DNA of 64,000 nucleotides. Source: a virus. Location: positions 32,001-96,000 of IMG/VR virus record IMGVR_UViG_3300031673_000004; one strand, 5' to 3'. Position 1 is the stretch's first letter, and every line of letters begins with the position of its first letter. The translations under genes were made by a program, and so were the position numbers. Of this stretch, positions 1-10,733 are shown piece by piece. The notes under the pieces were generated by a model. The model had not been told where the DNA came from, did no database searches, and saw nothing but the letters and a program-made list of their open reading frames with translations.

Positions 1-375
1 GGATGTAAAGATTGGCCATGTAATCGCCCAGTAGGTGCACTACTAGATTTGCATCCAGGCTATAGAAATCCGAAAACACGGCAACAACTCTTATGGGAAT
101 GCCCTAATCAAGTCTGCGCACAAATTCCGCTAGAGAATTTGGAAAAGGCACTATTGGACTCTTTAGCAGAAAAAAAGAAAAGAGGAAATCCTGCATTAGA
201 CGCAGCCCGTGCAGGCACTCCCCCACAACAAAAATTTAGCGTGGCAGAATCTCCTTCATATGGAAAAACAATTGCAGGAGATACGAATATTGCAACTATA
301 CCTAAAGCAGACTTAGTAGAAGAAATAGAAGTGAAACCTGTAAAGAAGAAGAAGAAAAAGGCAAAGAGAAAATAA
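1..375 (+). CDS. 5'-truncated protein; Cys-containing segment then Lys-rich tail (possibly end of a GT9-type glycosyltransferase)
   Basis: Frame is open from base 1 (GCKDWPCNRP...WECPNQVCAQIPLE) to TAA 373-375; product assignment is weak. Confidence 0.5.
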   Translation, partial: GCKDWPCNRPVGALLDLHPGYRNPKTRQQLLWECPNQVCAQIPLENLEKALLDSLAEKKKRGNPALDAARAGTPPQQKFSVAESPSYGKTIAGDTNIATIPKADLVEEIEVKPVKKKKKKAKRK

Positions 376-399
376 CCGTTATCTTTGAAAGGAATTATC

Positions 400-1050
400 A
401 TGAGAATAGAACAACCATCCATAAAAGTCCTTTTTCATTATCCTATAACTGATGACGGAGAAATACTACAACCTGAAGTCTTTCTTGAAATGGTAGGTAG
501 AACGTGTTATAAGTCTGAAGGTAAGATTACAGAAACAAGTGCTAGGGATTTCATTAGAATGTTGAATGATCGCGGACACGCAGCGATGTTGGAACACTGT
601 GTAGCTTCTGCACATATTGTATGTAATCGTGGGCTTACACATGAACTTGTTAGGCATAGAATAGCGTCGTATGGTCAGGAAAGCACACGGTTTTGTAATT
701 ATTCCAAAGATCAGTTTGATCATACTATCGGTGTTATTATGCCTCCATTCGCTACTACTGATGGCAGGGCTGAAATTGAATGGCGACAGGCTATGGTTGA
801 CGCTGAGAAGCATTATTTTAATCTTATTGGGATAGGCGAACCAGCACAAATTGCAAGGGGTGTACTCCCGATAGATCTCAAAACGGAAATATGGATTACG
901 ACTAATCTGCGTGAATGGCAGCATATCTTTAGTTTGCGTTGTTCGAATAAAGCACACCCACAAATCAGGCAGACATTCCGTAGCGCACTTCCCATTTTTG
1001 CTAAAAATGTTCCATCGATGTTTTCAAAACTGAATTCAAAGTTTTCTTAG
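400..1050 (+). CDS. thyX: Flavin-dependent thymidylate synthase
   Basis: ThyX motif RGLTHELVRHRIASYGQESTRF, GHAAMLEH, NLREWQH...LR...AHPQIR; AAAGGA upstream of ATG 400. Confidence 0.95.
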   Translation: MRIEQPSIKVLFHYPITDDGEILQPEVFLEMVGRTCYKSEGKITETSARDFIRMLNDRGHAAMLEHCVASAHIVCNRGLTHELVRHRIASYGQESTRFCNYSKDQFDHTIGVIMPPFATTDGRAEIEWRQAMVDAEKHYFNLIGIGEPAQIARGVLPIDLKTEIWITTNLREWQHIFSLRCSNKAHPQIRQTFRSALPIFAKNVPSMFSKLNSKFS

Positions 1051-1058
1051 GGGGCATT

Positions 1059-2315
1059 ATGAAAAAAGGAAACAATGTAGATCATCCTGAGCACTATAAT
1101 AAACACCCTGCTGGGATTGAATGTATTGATGTAATCGAGCACTTTGGTTGTAATATAGCCAATGCTATGAAGTATCTATGGCGAGCAGGGCTTAAACCAA
1201 GTTCCGATTTAATTGAAGATTTAGAAAAGGCCAATTGGTACATTTTGCGTGAAATCGCACGGAAGAAAAAATATAAGGGAGTAAAAAAAATGACTGAACC
1301 CACAAAACTTATATGCTATAAAGGCGACCGTAGTGCCTGTTGGCTGTACCGCCTTCACGCTCCCATGGTGCACCTTGCCCGAAATAACCCAAAAGGATTT
1401 CACATTACAGTAGCAGGATCTATAGGAGAAGACCAAGTAGGAAAGTATGATTTAGCAATCCTCCAGCGGCAGTATAAACTGGATGTGTTTCAATATATTC
1501 TCCAGATGAAAAAAAAAGGAACAAAATTGGTCTATGAAATAGATGACGACTTATTTCATGTGCCCAAATGGAATCCGTCATATCAAGTTCTAGGAAAGAA
1601 AAAAGTACAGGATGGTATTAAATATTTCGTATCTGAAGTTGATGCAATGTTTGTAACAACCGAAGCATTAAAATCAGTCTACGAAAATTATTGCAAACAT
1701 ATTTATGTGTTACCAAATTCGATTGACTTTGATTTTATATTTCCGCTAGATAATCCTAGAGAAAATACATCTAAACCAGTAGTCTGTTGGCAGGGATCTA
1801 TGACGCATGAACATGATCTTGCTGTTGCCAAAAGAGAATTTATAAAACTAGCAAAGGATAAAGATATATTATTTAAAATGTGGTGTGGGTTGGATCGGGT
1901 AACCAGAAAACCAAATTTTGATATACCGGGGGCACAAACAATTCAACTTACCCCTTTCGAAGGCTTTTTTCAGATGTTCGGTCAATTAGGGGTTTATATT
2001 GGCTTAGCCCCCTTAGCAGCAACACAATTCAATAGAAGTAAATCAAACTTGAAGTTTTTGGAGTATACAGTGTATAATGCAGTCACTGTGGCATCTGACT
2101 TTGGACCATATAAAGATACCATAGAAGATGGCGTCACAGGAATTTTGGTTGCAAATAACAATGATTGGTATAATAAGGTAAAGGAACTATTGGACAATGA
2201 AGATTTATATACTTCTATATTGACAAATGCAAAGAAATTGGTAGCTGAAAAATTTGATATAAACAAGAATTACATTTACTGGGAACAGGCAATCAAACAA
2301 ATTTTAGGAGAGTGA
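1059..2315 (+). CDS. DUF3310 domain fused in frame to a GT-B (GT4-like) glycosyltransferase
   Basis: N-terminal NVDHPEHY..IECIDVI..NAMKYLWRAG.K...EDLEKANWY; downstream YEIDDDLF, LAPL...FNRSKSNLKFLEY; internal AAGGGAG before ATG 1290. Confidence 0.8.
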   Translation: MKKGNNVDHPEHYNKHPAGIECIDVIEHFGCNIANAMKYLWRAGLKPSSDLIEDLEKANWYILREIARKKKYKGVKKMTEPTKLICYKGDRSACWLYRLHAPMVHLARNNPKGFHITVAGSIGEDQVGKYDLAILQRQYKLDVFQYILQMKKKGTKLVYEIDDDLFHVPKWNPSYQVLGKKKVQDGIKYFVSEVDAMFVTTEALKSVYENYCKHIYVLPNSIDFDFIFPLDNPRENTSKPVVCWQGSMTHEHDLAVAKREFIKLAKDKDILFKMWCGLDRVTRKPNFDIPGAQTIQLTPFEGFFQMFGQLGVYIGLAPLAATQFNRSKSNLKFLEYTVYNAVTVASDFGPYKDTIEDGVTGILVANNNDWYNKVKELLDNEDLYTSILTNAKKLVAEKFDINKNYIYWEQAIKQILGE

Positions 2316-2316
2316 T

Positions 2317-2745
2317 ATGTCACCAACAGTCTATTTCGTTTTTATAACTTGTCAGTTCGGTATCTGGCTAGGATGGGTAGAGGAGTCTGAATATAACATA
2401 TGGAAAACTGAGAAATGTGCCTTGACGCTGCATGATGTTCGCGGCTACATTTTTCAGCCCGTACCAGGATCCAACGATAGAATGGCTGTAACAATTGGCC
2501 CGCCATATCCTGGGGATACAAAGCAGCTAGAGATCGCATTGTTCCCACATTCAGTAGAAATCATCGGAGAAATTCGTACTGAAAAGGGAGTTAAAATATG
2601 CACAGGAAGTCCTACCCTCTACACTCGCTATACAGAAGCCTTGGATAAGTGGCGTGCAGCATTGTCAAACATTCACACACCTACCCCCTCTGATATTGCA
2701 AATTTATCAAAGATGAAGAATGTGACAAAGTTCCCCGGAAGATAA
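2317..2745 (+). CDS. Hypothetical protein
   Basis: 142-aa ORF, GGAG upstream, tightly packed. Confidence 0.7.
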   Translation: MSPTVYFVFITCQFGIWLGWVEESEYNIWKTEKCALTLHDVRGYIFQPVPGSNDRMAVTIGPPYPGDTKQLEIALFPHSVEIIGEIRTEKGVKICTGSPTLYTRYTEALDKWRAALSNIHTPTPSDIANLSKMKNVTKFPGR

Positions 2746-2746
2746 C

Positions 2747-3106
2747 ATGAAAGCAAAAAAAGAAAGTTTTATACTAGGAAACCTGGATAAAAAGACCAGG
2801 TTAGATGCTACACAGCATGCGTTTGTAATTAAAGAGAAAACTAAAGCGACTGATGGGACAATTAGCTGGACTAGTAAATATTATTATTCAGAGATTGGTG
2901 ACGCAATTCGTGGATATGCACGCCATGTACTGCGTCGTCCTAGCATGGCCAAACATTTAGATGGTGACATAAAGACTTTGATAGAACTTATCAGCAAACT
3001 CGAAAAAACAATTAAAAAGATGGGTGATAAATTAAATTTACAATTCGACAGGCAACTGCAAGATCCTGTAGAATCTCATCTATTTAATTCTGAGGATTCA
3101 AAATGA
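2747..3106 (+). CDS. Hypothetical protein
   Basis: 119-aa ORF packed between neighbours. Confidence 0.7.
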   Translation: MKAKKESFILGNLDKKTRLDATQHAFVIKEKTKATDGTISWTSKYYYSEIGDAIRGYARHVLRRPSMAKHLDGDIKTLIELISKLEKTIKKMGDKLNLQFDRQLQDPVESHLFNSEDSK

Positions 3107-3726
3107 ATCATAAAGTAAATACTGCAGATTACTACATTGGGAAGATAACTAAGAAATATATCATTGATTTTCTCAATGCTTTGTTATTTTCTAATTCAGT
3201 TCTTTGGGATGGTAACGACCAATTTAATGAACTGCCAATATTTAAGACTACTGTAGAAGATGGAGTTCATAAGGAACAACGCGGTGCACTGTTTGTAAAC
3301 AGTAAAAGCTCCAAAGCACTGCGGTTATCTATAATAGCCATAGAGACTACTATTCAGCAAGTGTGCTATAGACTTTGCGGATTGAACGAACCACTCAGGA
3401 TCGATGAGGGTAAACGACTATATTACCCGTTAGATGGGATCGTTATTGATGTATCTATTGCAGATCTAAATTTAGGCAGCAGTGAACCTGCTTCCTACTC
3501 GTTCTCAGATAATACGAACAACACAGGAAAACTTAACAATAAAAAATTATTTACTATTCTTAATTATCTGCTTACTTCAACATTTATTACAATAGAAGAT
3601 CCTGAAATTTTTGCGGATTTGACAGAAGATCATTTGAGTTCACCTCCTATCCCTTCCGATCCACATTTTAGGCCAGTATTCGGAGTCCGAGATGTCATCG
3701 ATACCGTTGATAATAGCAGGCATTGA
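3103..3726 (+). CDS. Hypothetical protein
   Basis: 207-aa ORF, ATGA overlap, GAGGA upstream. Confidence 0.7.
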   Translation: MNHKVNTADYYIGKITKKYIIDFLNALLFSNSVLWDGNDQFNELPIFKTTVEDGVHKEQRGALFVNSKSSKALRLSIIAIETTIQQVCYRLCGLNEPLRIDEGKRLYYPLDGIVIDVSIADLNLGSSEPASYSFSDNTNNTGKLNNKKLFTILNYLLTSTFITIEDPEIFADLTEDHLSSPPIPSDPHFRPVFGVRDVIDTVDNSRH

Positions 3727-3749
3727 CCTGTAGTGGTAAAAATAGAATA

Positions 3750-5324
3750 ATGAAAAAAAAGACACAAAAAATTCTTTTAGGAAAACATTTTGGAAAATTA
3801 GTTGTTATAAGGGCTAGTAAAAAAATAAAAAGAGGAGATATTGTCTGGGAGTGTTTATGTGAGTGTGGTAATACAATTATGCTTCCCACGTATCGATTAC
3901 TATACAAAAGTGGAACACGGAGTTGTGGGTGCTTAGTGGGAAGTAAAAGAAAAGAATTAACAGGTAAGCGTTTTGGGAAATTAGTCGCCCTCGAACCAAC
4001 AAGTATAGTAAAAGGTAAAAGTATTGTTTGGCGGTGTATCTGTGACTGTGGAAACGAAGTACTTGTAAAAAGTGGCCATTTACTTAGTAGGGGACAAAAA
4101 GGTACGAACAGTTGTGGATGTTTAAAAGGAAATAAACTTAATTTAATAGGAAAAAAATTTGGGGAACTTACTGTTCTCCGGGAAACCCCACAACGGAGGA
4201 CAACTTCTACAGAATGGGAATGTTCTTGTAGTTGTGGAGAGTATATTACCGTTCCTGCTACTTATCTAGTAAGAAAAAGTAAAAAACCGAAACATTGTGG
4301 CTGTTTAAATAAAAAGTTTGGTGAAGATGCTGCCTTTAATGTATTGTATCAGTCATATAAAAAAAGAGCAGAAAAAAATGGATTAATATTTACATTAACT
4401 AGAAAGGAATTTAGAACATTAACAAAACAACCTTGTGTTTATTGCGCTTCTAAACCATTTCAAGTTCAGTATATCGGAGGAAACAATCGAAAAAGACATG
4501 AATATATTTACAGTGGAATTGATCGTATAGATAGTTCTAAGGGTTATACTTTAGATAATTGCAGTCCTTGTTGTAAGATCTGCAATTTTGCTAAAAGTAA
4601 TATGAATGTAGGAGAGTTTTTACTTCATATAACTAAAATAATAAAAAATAATAAAAAAATAATTTTAACATTACAGAATAAACACATAATTTCTACTACA
4701 AATGCCATAAATATTACAAAACATATTAAGAAGATAAATAATAAGGAGAATACTATGAAACATTTTAAAAGTACTTATGTAGGATTAGATTTAAGTCTAA
4801 CTAATACGGGTATCTGTGTATTAGGAACTAATAATAGAATTATACATTTAGATGTAATAGCTACAAAAAAATTAAGAGGGGGTGATAGATTAATTTTCAT
4901 AAAAGAAGCTATCAAAAATATTCTTAATAAATATGAAGATACAATATTAAATATTTTTGTGGAAGGATACTCATATGGAAGCAGAGGTCGCGCCGTGTTT
5001 AATATCGGGGAACTTGGAGGTGTTATCTCTGTTATGTTATTAGAAAATAAACATAGCTACTTTATTGTGCCACCCAAAACATTAAAACTGTTTATATGCA
5101 ATTCAGGGAATGCCCCAAAAAGTATTATGTTTGAACAAGTCTATCGAAAATATAAAATTGGTTCAGAACATCTTTTACACGGAAATGACAATGCGTTAGA
5201 TGCTTTTTGTTTGGCTAAATTTGGGGAAAGTTATACGCAATGGATGTTAGGAAATATTAATTATTTAAATTATGAATTAAGATCATTCAAAAAGATTAAA
5301 GACAGAATAACTTTCCAAGGATGA
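3750..5324 (+). CDS. HNH endonuclease with three GKxFGxL..WxCxCxCG repeats, fused in frame to a RuvC-like Holliday junction resolvase (internal start 4755)
   Basis: CVYC...GIDRIDSSKGYTLDNCSPCCKICN (HNH); VGLDLSLTNTG, VEGYSYGS, ELGG, PPKTLK, NDNALDA (RuvC-like); AAGGAG before ATG 4755. Confidence 0.85.
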   Translation: MKKKTQKILLGKHFGKLVVIRASKKIKRGDIVWECLCECGNTIMLPTYRLLYKSGTRSCGCLVGSKRKELTGKRFGKLVALEPTSIVKGKSIVWRCICDCGNEVLVKSGHLLSRGQKGTNSCGCLKGNKLNLIGKKFGELTVLRETPQRRTTSTEWECSCSCGEYITVPATYLVRKSKKPKHCGCLNKKFGEDAAFNVLYQSYKKRAEKNGLIFTLTRKEFRTLTKQPCVYCASKPFQVQYIGGNNRKRHEYIYSGIDRIDSSKGYTLDNCSPCCKICNFAKSNMNVGEFLLHITKIIKNNKKIILTLQNKHIISTTNAINITKHIKKINNKENTMKHFKSTYVGLDLSLTNTGICVLGTNNRIIHLDVIATKKLRGGDRLIFIKEAIKNILNKYEDTILNIFVEGYSYGSRGRAVFNIGELGGVISVMLLENKHSYFIVPPKTLKLFICNSGNAPKSIMFEQVYRKYKIGSEHLLHGNDNALDAFCLAKFGESYTQWMLGNINYLNYELRSFKKIKDRITFQG

Positions 5325-5400
5325 GATTGCTACACTCAAAGGAATGAACCCTAAATGCACACTGTAAATTAACGTAAAGTAGGTATAAGAAAATATTCTC

Positions 5401-6036
5401 ATGTTAGCTAATCTTGTAAATATAATAGTCGTAGGGTATGGACCAAAGGTAAAACATTTGGATAAAGCGTGCTTAAATAGTATACTTTTTAATACTAGCC
5501 ACCCTTATATTATTACATATTTTGACAACTATGCTTCTGGAATGTCTTTAACCGCAGTTTGGAATAAATTAGTTAAGTTCAGTGATACAAAATTTATTTG
5601 TTTATTGAATAATGACACGCGAGTAACAGAAAATTGGCTAGGAAAACTTGTTGATACATTAACCACCGATGAGCGTATTGGATTTGTTGGTCCATCTGGT
5701 AATTGCCACTCGGTACAATCTTCAGTTGTATCTGAGGAACACGCGCAAAAGCACATTGGAAAAGTAGTTATGTTAAAAGATCCACCCAGCGGTTTTTGTT
5801 TATTGTTCAGAAAAAAAATATGGGATGAAATAAACGGATTTAATGAACAGTATAATCTTTATGGAAGCGAAAGCGATTTTTGTGATCGTGCTACAAAAGT
5901 TGGGTATAAGTATGCTTGGAGAAAAGACGTATTTATACACCATTTAGGCGAAAGTAGCTCAAAAGCCTATGCAATTGATACGATAAAAGAAAGAGAAAAA
6001 GCAAAAAAATTGTATTGGGAATCCCGTGATAAATAA
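5401..6036 (+). CDS. GT2 glycosyltransferase
   Basis: LLNNDT, WLGKL, VGP, SGFCLL, YGSESDFC motifs. Confidence 0.9.
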   Translation: MLANLVNIIVVGYGPKVKHLDKACLNSILFNTSHPYIITYFDNYASGMSLTAVWNKLVKFSDTKFICLLNNDTRVTENWLGKLVDTLTTDERIGFVGPSGNCHSVQSSVVSEEHAQKHIGKVVMLKDPPSGFCLLFRKKIWDEINGFNEQYNLYGSESDFCDRATKVGYKYAWRKDVFIHHLGESSSKAYAIDTIKEREKAKKLYWESRDK

Positions 6037-7309
6037 TAAAAAACTATGGAGTAACGAAGATATTATATTTTTAAAGAAACACTATGCAACTAATGGTGCC
6101 CTTTTTATCCATGAACAATTAGGTAGAAGCATACATGCTATTCATAATAAGGCATCCTTGTTATCCTTAACGTATAGTAAGCCTAAAGCTAAAAAAATAT
6201 GTGTAGCTGCAGGATGTACTAGCCCTGTATGTGCTTTGGATTTATGCACCAGGCATTATCAACAACAAAATATTAAAAAAACAAGGGCAAATGGGTGCAC
6301 ACGTAGGGTTTGTTTGCACAAATGGACAGAGGCTGAATTGGCTATACTAAGAACGCAATTTCCTATAGGTGGAAAAAATTTAGTCGCATCCATTCTGCAA
6401 ATAAGTAAAAATGTAATAAAATATAAAGCACACAAATTATGTCTTCGGTATACAAAAGTAAAACAATTATGTGCAATGCCTCTTTGTAACAATCCTGCAA
6501 TATATCGTGGTTATTGTTCAGTTTGCCGTGGTTTAGCTGAAAAGCATTCAATTACGCTTATACAATATTTAGCATTACTTAATTTACAAAACAATAAATG
6601 TGGGATTTGTGGAAAGGTAGAAACGAAACAACAATGCGGAAAAGTACAAAATTTGTGCGTTGATCATGACCATAATACATCAGCTATTCGTGGGCTTTTA
6701 TGCCATAATTGTAATGCAGGGTTAGGTTTATTAGGGGATGACTTAATAGTTATTCAAAAGAATTTGACAGCATATATAAATAATTCCTTTAAATTTAGGA
6801 TTATGGAAAGAAAGTCATATGTGGATAAAGCTAAACGTAGGAAAGATTATCCATTGTATGCGTCATTCAAAATTAATTTAGAGGAATATATATTTATGCT
6901 TGCGCAACAACATAATGTATGTGGGTGCTGTGGTCAAAAAGAAAATATTAAAAACGCGGGTAAACTAAGTGATCAACTCTCCATAGATCATGTACATAAT
7001 AATTGGATTTGTAGAATATGTGGTGTTTCTATGCAGACACACAGTCGTCCTGATAAATGTTTTGGTTGCTCTGCACACTCTAAATTTATTCGTCCAGTAA
7101 TACGTGGGTTATTATGCGGTAGATGTAATAGGGGTATAGGAAAATTAGGAGATAATCCCCCAGTCATTTTACAAAATATTGCAATCTATCAGGAAAATAT
7201 TAATAAAGTGCAATATGTATTAGAAGAAGCCAGTGTAAAAGCATCAGGAATGGACGGAGAGGCTGCCCGTACAGAAGCTAAGAAGCTCTATTGGAGCACC
7301 AGAAAATGA
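6026..7309 (+). mobile_element. Free-standing homing endonuclease with two Endonuclease VII-type HNH domains
   Basis: Two CxxC...DHxH...IRGLLCxxCNxGxG units plus W(S/T)xxE/D helical repeats; C-terminus duplicates the end of the upstream GT2. Confidence 0.85.
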
Positions 7310-8367
7310 CCATGCATGTATGTATTGCTACGCCGCATACCCGAGTCGCAGGAGGAACAAAGGTACTTTTGCGGCTGGCCCAATTATTACGATCATTCGA
7401 TATTACAGTTACTGTCCTTACACAGTCTCTTTCCAGTATAGAGTGGCTGGGAAAACCTCCACAATTTGAAATTAAACAGGTTGATAATATTTCAAAGTAT
7501 ACGGTTCCACCAAGTTGTACACATCTGATTACCTACGGTGATGGTCAATCATTTGGGCCAATGCCGGATATTCCTATAGTACTTTATCTGCAGGGATTTG
7601 GAACTAGTCAGTATGAACGAGAATGTATAAATTTGATGTATCCGTATAATGCAGTTATTACCACGTCTAAATGGTTGGCAAATATCGCTGAGAAGCAATT
7701 CAAACATAAAAATGTAAGGATAATTCCTCCAGGGATTGATCCTATTTTCATTCCTAGGGAAAGACTGCGATCCCTTGCAGATTTAAAAATTGACCCTTAT
7801 TGGAGTTGGGATATTAAAGAACCAGAAAAAGTAGATACAGATTCTATGCTTACGATTGGCTGCCTCTATCATCATGCCGGTTCAAAAAATATGGAAGAGT
7901 TTTTCAATGCCATGAATGCCGTTCACAAGGACCAAGAGATCCGGGTACTGCTTTTATCTGCCAAGGAAGTACATAAAGACGTATTCAAAAATGCCAAATG
8001 TCCCTATTATGTTTATGTAAATCCTCCTCAAGATAGAATTCCTTATCTATATTATCTTTCCAATATATGGGTTGCCCCCAGCAAGAATGAAGGTTTTGGG
8101 CTATGCCCCTTGGAAGCAATGGCATGTGGCACACCTGCAGTAATTAAACCTTCGTTTGGATTGGATGAATACTTAATTGATAATCATAATTGTCTATTAT
8201 TCAACAATTCAATGGAACGAAGCAATATGGCACTACGTACTGGACTTCTTCTAAGAGATAAAGAACTACAAACAAAACTTATAAAAAATGGGATTGAGTT
8301 AGCAGGGAAGTTTACGTGGGACAAGTTCATAAAGTCTTTTTTGAGGGTACTTGAAGATACAAAATGA
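7306..8367 (+). CDS. GT4 glycosyltransferase
   Basis: EGFGLCPLEAMACGTP signature; N-terminal GG motif. Confidence 0.9.
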   Translation: MTMHVCIATPHTRVAGGTKVLLRLAQLLRSFDITVTVLTQSLSSIEWLGKPPQFEIKQVDNISKYTVPPSCTHLITYGDGQSFGPMPDIPIVLYLQGFGTSQYERECINLMYPYNAVITTSKWLANIAEKQFKHKNVRIIPPGIDPIFIPRERLRSLADLKIDPYWSWDIKEPEKVDTDSMLTIGCLYHHAGSKNMEEFFNAMNAVHKDQEIRVLLLSAKEVHKDVFKNAKCPYYVYVNPPQDRIPYLYYLSNIWVAPSKNEGFGLCPLEAMACGTPAVIKPSFGLDEYLIDNHNCLLFNNSMERSNMALRTGLLLRDKELQTKLIKNGIELAGKFTWDKFIKSFLRVLEDTK

Positions 8368-9287
8368 ATATAGGATTCATAGAACCCGGATTACACGTCT
8401 GTGGCGGTATTAGGCGAATAATGGAAGTATCCAATCGTCTGGTTGGATTAGGTCACAATGTTACGCTTCTCACACCAACGGGAAGTCCGTGCGTGTGGTT
8501 GCCCACTAAGGCTGAAGTTATTAAACTTGACAAAATAGCAAATAAACAATTTGATGTAATAATTTTTAATTTAGCTGAACAGTATAAGCATGCAAAGATA
8601 GCAAAAGCTGCAAAAAAGATATTTTGGGTGTTGGCACCGGAGGCATTATATAAAAATCCGGAAATACCAATTCGAGCACTTAACCAAGGATTCTATTTAA
8701 TTGCCAATTCAACATTCACAAAACAATATATAACAAAGCATGTCACTAACAAATTAGATTATGACATTCCAATAGTTCCTGGAGGTATTAATCCAGAACA
8801 TTTTAAATATGATTCGACAATTCCTACACAATACCATGCCATGTACTATGGTTCAAAGCGCCCATGGAAGGGGACAAGCATTATAGAGACAGGATTACAT
8901 AGCACTAAATATAGTAACTTTCTAAAGATGGAGGGATTGAATACACCCCAAGATCAATTGTATAAATTATATAATAGTTCAACTGTGTATATTTCAGCAG
9001 GGCAAGCCGAGGGATTTAATTTCAATATTTTAGAGGCTTTTGCATGTGGTTGTCCAGTAATTTGTACTGATGATGGTGGTAACAGGGATTTTGTTAGAGA
9101 TGGAAAGAACGCACTTGTGGTACGCAGGAATTCACAAGATATAGCTAATGCAGTAAACAAATTATTGGATAATAAACAATTACAACGAGAATTACGGAAC
9201 GAATGTTTAAAAACTGCAAGAAATGTAAAGTATGATTGGGATGTTGTAACTAAGAAATTTGAGAGTATTGTAGGTACGTTGATATGA
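8364..9287 (+). CDS. GT4 glycosyltransferase
   Basis: EGFNFNILEAFACGCPV signature. Confidence 0.9.
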   Translation: MNIGFIEPGLHVCGGIRRIMEVSNRLVGLGHNVTLLTPTGSPCVWLPTKAEVIKLDKIANKQFDVIIFNLAEQYKHAKIAKAAKKIFWVLAPEALYKNPEIPIRALNQGFYLIANSTFTKQYITKHVTNKLDYDIPIVPGGINPEHFKYDSTIPTQYHAMYYGSKRPWKGTSIIETGLHSTKYSNFLKMEGLNTPQDQLYKLYNSSTVYISAGQAEGFNFNILEAFACGCPVICTDDGGNRDFVRDGKNALVVRRNSQDIANAVNKLLDNKQLQRELRNECLKTARNVKYDWDVVTKKFESIVGTLI

Positions 9288-9958
9288 ACATATACGATTA
9301 TTATGATTTCGGTACTGCATCTGGTGGCAGCTTTAACTTCGGGAAAAAGTTTAGCGGTAAGTCTGGTCTTGGGGTTGAAATACTGAAGCATAGAGTTGAC
9401 AAATTACACATTAAAGGTATACCGTGCCTTCTAGCGGATATTGCTAAGCATGATTTTGGCAGTGAAAAAGTAAAATTTATACTCATGTGTCATTTTTTAG
9501 AGCATTTGAATGATAAAAAAATGGTTAAGCATGTTATTGAAACAGCTTCAAAAACGGCTACTGATTTTATGTATATAGAGGGTCCATCTTTTGATTTTGA
9601 TAGTTATTTGAAGGGTTTGGGTTTTAAATTTTTCTGGTTGGATGGGTGTGGTCATAAGATAAGAGTTACTATTAATTTATTGAAAACGATTTTTTCTGAA
9701 TTGGGACTCAAAGACTTTACGTTTCAAACCGAACGACCTTATGTAGTTGATTCGACATCGCGTGATATTTTTCCGTATAATTACCCAACTACTCACACAT
9801 ATTTTGATTCTAAAATTCACGGATCTAAACGTATAGTTAAGTTTAGTGATGGCGTTTTTAGATCATTTAATGTGTTTATTTGGCTTAACAAAAATGTTGA
9901 TAAAAATAGAAGACAGACTTTATTAAATAAAAGAAAAATATTCTCAGTATATAAATAA
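9284..9958 (+). CDS. Class I SAM-dependent methyltransferase-like protein
   Basis: YDFGTASGGS, GLGVEI, HFLEHL motifs. Confidence 0.7.
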   Translation: MNIYDYYDFGTASGGSFNFGKKFSGKSGLGVEILKHRVDKLHIKGIPCLLADIAKHDFGSEKVKFILMCHFLEHLNDKKMVKHVIETASKTATDFMYIEGPSFDFDSYLKGLGFKFFWLDGCGHKIRVTINLLKTIFSELGLKDFTFQTERPYVVDSTSRDIFPYNYPTTHTYFDSKIHGSKRIVKFSDGVFRSFNVFIWLNKNVDKNRRQTLLNKRKIFSVYK

Positions 9959-9983
9959 CTACAATTGGTACGAGAGGTTAATA

Positions 9984-10733
9984 GTGAATCTTTCAGTAAT
10001 AATAACATGCAAAGATAGACTAGAAAATTTAAAGTTTTGCCTTGCTTCTATCCGTGCATGTGGTCCAAGACCAAGAACAATAGTAGTGGATTTTGGGAGT
10101 AATCAGCCGTTGGCATTTCCGGAGTACAAAAGCTGGGTTCGTATCATACGAGTGGATAGATCTACAAAAATGTTTCATAAAGCGCGTGCAATAAATATTG
10201 GAATTAGGAATGTTACTACACGCTTTTTGTGTATTACTGATGCAGATCAAATTTTCCAACCTAATTTTTTTGGTGTCGTAAAGCAGACGCTACAAAAAAA
10301 TACAAACGCTTTTGTAATGTGCAAGTCTTATTTTTTGACAACGACACCAGCACTTATTCCGTTTTCTTGCAATGGAAAAGAGTATTATAAATTTTTAGAA
10401 AGAGCAAAACAAAGTGGTATAATCCTTCACGGAGATGGATGTTGTAATGGCGTTTCTACACAATGGGCAATAAATGTTCACGGCTATGACGAAACATATG
10501 TTAGATACAGAGCACAAGATTCTGATTTTGCTCTACGAGCTGTGCGAGGAGGTCTTACTAAAGTATGGATTCATGGTAAGACTAGTATGATTCATTTACC
10601 GCATTTACGTCAGGGTGCATATTACGAAGGTGATATAAAGGTTTATAACAAAGCCAAGTACAAACAAAAAACAAAAATGCCAACGAAAGCGATCCTTGTC
10701 GCTAACCACAATAAGGAGTGGGGAAAACTGTGA
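9984..10733 (+). CDS. GT2/GT7-like glycosyltransferase
   Basis: IVVDFGS, KARAINIG, TDAD, GYDE...QDSDF. Confidence 0.85.
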   Translation: MNLSVIITCKDRLENLKFCLASIRACGPRPRTIVVDFGSNQPLAFPEYKSWVRIIRVDRSTKMFHKARAINIGIRNVTTRFLCITDADQIFQPNFFGVVKQTLQKNTNAFVMCKSYFLTTTPALIPFSCNGKEYYKFLERAKQSGIILHGDGCCNGVSTQWAINVHGYDETYVRYRAQDSDFALRAVRGGLTKVWIHGKTSMIHLPHLRQGAYYEGDIKVYNKAKYKQKTKMPTKAILVANHNKEWGKL

